From Macrostomum hystrix (lineage: Eukaryota; Animalia; Platyhelminthes): a stretch of DNA of 64,000 nucleotides. Both the position numbers and the translations under genes were made by a program. The stretch's first letter is position 1, and each line of letters begins with the position of its first letter. Under the pieces are notes generated by a model, which was not told the DNA's origin, ran no database searches, and worked only from the letters and a program-made list of their open reading frames with translations. Below are positions 61,180-64,000 of this stretch, one piece after another. Location of the stretch: assembly GCA_950097015.1 (NCBI GenBank), contig CATNEN010000003.1, positions 6,386,001 to 6,450,000 on the forward strand, written 5' to 3'.

Positions 61180-62929
61180 CGAGCCGGCGCCCGCGGTTGC
61201 CAGGTAGCCACCGACCTCGTCGCCGCCAATTAAAAATGGAGACTCCAGGGCTGCGGTGATTAATTCTTTGATCTGTCTAAAATTGGCTTCAACTTTTTAG
61301 CGTATTCGCATGGCCGATTTCAACAGGCATTTCTTGTTAAAATCAAACCTGCGGGCTATATATGCCGCGACTTGCCATCCTACCCAATGCCCTGCCCCCC
61401 CCCACCTCAGACAATCCCCCGGCGTCCCACCTGATTCCTACCTGCCTCATCGAACTATACTTTGTGCTCAAGCCTCGAATGGTGAAGAAAAAGAAGAAGA
61501 TGGCAATGAGGAGGGACGAGGGGAGGCTGGGAAGAGCAAAATGAGGTGCGGGAGAATCCAATGGATTAATGGGAAGGTTTTGATATCGAATCACCTTGGT
61601 CTCGTTTGGGTCAGAAATATTGAGGCAGGATGCGAACAAAACCGTCATTCGCTCATTCTCCGTGTCCAGAGCCAAGGAGCTGTTTTTATATTTTCTCTCT
61701 CTCTCTCTTTCACTCTACTCTATTTTTCAATCTTTCACCCACCTCTCTATCTCTTCTAATTCATTTGCTACAATTGGACTAACGTTTCTTTCATAAAGAA
61801 CAATTCAATTTAGATTTAAATTGAAACAAAATAAGTTCGACTAATAAGGTGTCGTCAGCTTTCCTGCGGGCGCATTTGAAATTCTTGTTTGATTACATTT
61901 TCTCTTTTCTACTAAAATGACTTTGGTTTAACAAATTGCCCCCTTTGATTAAGCCTTCTGAGCTGCATAAAGCCTGCCTGTCTATTTATTAATTTAACAA
62001 AGGGCAATAAAACTTATAAAACTGGCCAGGCCTGTTTCTATTTTTAGAACTGTCGATGTACATTCAATGTACACAACCTAATCGTAACAGGCACGTGAAT
62101 TTTCTATAGCCAATCAGGCTTCAAGTCAAGTTATGGCTTGGAGAGGGACTCCTGCTTGTTCGTTAATGGCGGTATTTAAGGTGTTTTTATTGCTAGAGGT
62201 TACAACAATTTTACATTTTTTAATGTACAATGTACAACACAGCATGTGTAATCACGTGACTGATTCCTGACCAATCATACTTATTCATAATGGATTTAAC
62301 TAGAATGCCTGGCTACGATACCTGGCTATGATACCTGGTCAGGCGAGGCTTACCAGGAAACGACTAGGCGGACCAGATCGCGAGACTGTAGCAGCCGTTT
62401 CCTCTCATCCCCATCCCATCTCTCATCCCATCTCTGATGTGTGTGCTACTCCCAGTTCGAGATCAGATTCCTTTTGCCTCGCGATGTCTGGATTTGTTAC
62501 TCCTCTACCCCAAGTTTTAACCCGTGTCATGGATTCTTAACAGCCGTCTTTCTCCTAGTCTTCTTTTGCTTCAATTCAGCGAGCACAGTAGAGCCAAAAC
62601 TACTCAATTCGAGCATGAACAGCTAAGGCGCATGTTGCTCTCACGGTTCAAAGATTACGGAGTTAACATTGGCCTGTGTTTGGCTCATCCCGACAAAGGA
62701 ATCCCTTGGAGTTTTTTTGATATTTAGCTCAGCAGTGGCCGTGCGGGCTTCGGCTAGGGGGAAATAAGACACAAAAACGAGAGCAGGGATTTGAGTACGA
62801 CCTGTGACTGACAGGTTGGGGCGGCTTTGCAAAAAAACTGCTCGCTTTGGTCTTTTGTTTGCCTGGAATTAATTATTAATGTCTTCTTTCTCATCCTCTT
62901 TACCTCACTTTATCATTGCCTTTTTTCTG

Positions 62930-64000
62930 TCCCATCTCTCTTCTAAATCTCCCATCTCTCTTCCCAATCTCCCATCTCTCTTCCCAATCTCACATCTCTC
63001 TTCCACATCTCCCATCTCTCTTCCAAATCTCTTATCTCTCTTCCCAATCTCTAGTCTCTCATCCCAATCTCACATCTCTCTTCCCAATCTCCCATCTCTC
63101 ATCCCAATCTCACATCTCTCTTCCCAATCTAACATCTCTCTTCCCAATCTCACATCTCTCTTCCTGTTCTCCCATCTCTCTTCCCAATCTCTAGTCTCTC
63201 ATCCCAATCTCCCATCTCTCTTCTAAATCTCCCATCTCTCTTCTAAATCTCCCATCTCTCTTCCCAATCTCCCATCTCTCATCCCAATCTCTAGTCTCTC
63301 TTCCCAATCTCCCATCTCTCTTCCCAACCTCTTATCTCTCTTCTCAATCTCTAGTCTCTATTCCCAATCTCTTATCTCTCTTCCCAATCTCCCATCTCTC
63401 ATCCCAATTTCACATCTCTCTTCCCAATCTCACATCTCTCTTCCCAATCTCACATCTCTCTTCCTGTTCTCCCATCTCTCTTCCCAATCTCTAGTCTCTC
63501 ATCCCAATCTCCCATCTCTATTCCCAATCTCCCATCTCTCTTCCCAACCTCTTATCTCTCTTCCCAATCTCTAGTCTCTATTCCCAATCTCTTATCTCTC
63601 TTCCCAATCTCCCATCTCTCATCCCAATCTCACATCTCTCTTCCCAATCTCACATCTCTCTTCCCAATCTCACATCTCTCTTCCTGTTCTCCCATCTCTC
63701 TTCCCAATCTCTAGTCTCTCATCCCAATCTCCCATCTCTCTTCTAAATCTCCCATCTCTCTTCCCAACCTCTTATCTCTCTTCCCAATCTCTAGTCTCTC
63801 TTCCACATCTCCCATCTCTCTTCCCAATCTCTAGTCTCTATTCCCAATCTCTTATCTCTCTTCCCAATCTCCCATCTCTCATCCCAATCTCACATCTCTC
63901 TTCCCAATCTCACATCTCTCTTCCCAATCTCACATCTCTCTTCCTGTTCTCCCATCTCTCTTCCCAATCTCTAGTCTCTCATCCCAATCTCCCATCTCTC
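62930..64000. repeat. 20-bp pyrimidine-rich minisatellite (ttcccaatctcccatctctc), runs off the window end
   Basis: More than 50 tandem units with higher-order variant blocks. Confidence 0.96.

Overview
Eukaryotic (metazoan) genomic DNA, not prokaryotic. It has GT-AG introns, polyQ/polyA low-complexity proteins and very dense intronic minisatellites. This style suggests a free-living flatworm such as Macrostomum, but that is inference only. Host genes reconstructed by hand from splice signals: the 3' part of an unknown gene, a small membrane-protein ORF, a divergent BRF2-like TFIIB-family factor (-), three intronless secreted PAN/apple + C-type-lectin genes plus a truncated fourth (-), Acinus (+), GADD45 (+, absent from the ORF track) and a KLF2/4-like zinc-finger gene (-). 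Mobile DNA: a decayed LINE with a nested 10-bp-TSD insertion, an intron-containing MULE transposase remnant, tRNA-derived SINE heads, and a ~7.6-kb Helentron/Helitron2-type element with recognisable ends (~23568-31153). Main finding: the spliced ORF of that rolling-circle element carries a USP (peptidase C19, deubiquitinase-type) domain with Cys/His/Asp residues in frame with the Rep-helicase, broken by one in-frame TAG. Other candidates: patchwork gene conversion in the lectin cluster, and possibly regulatory minisatellites in the GADD45 introns. All family assignments come from motif recognition without database searches.
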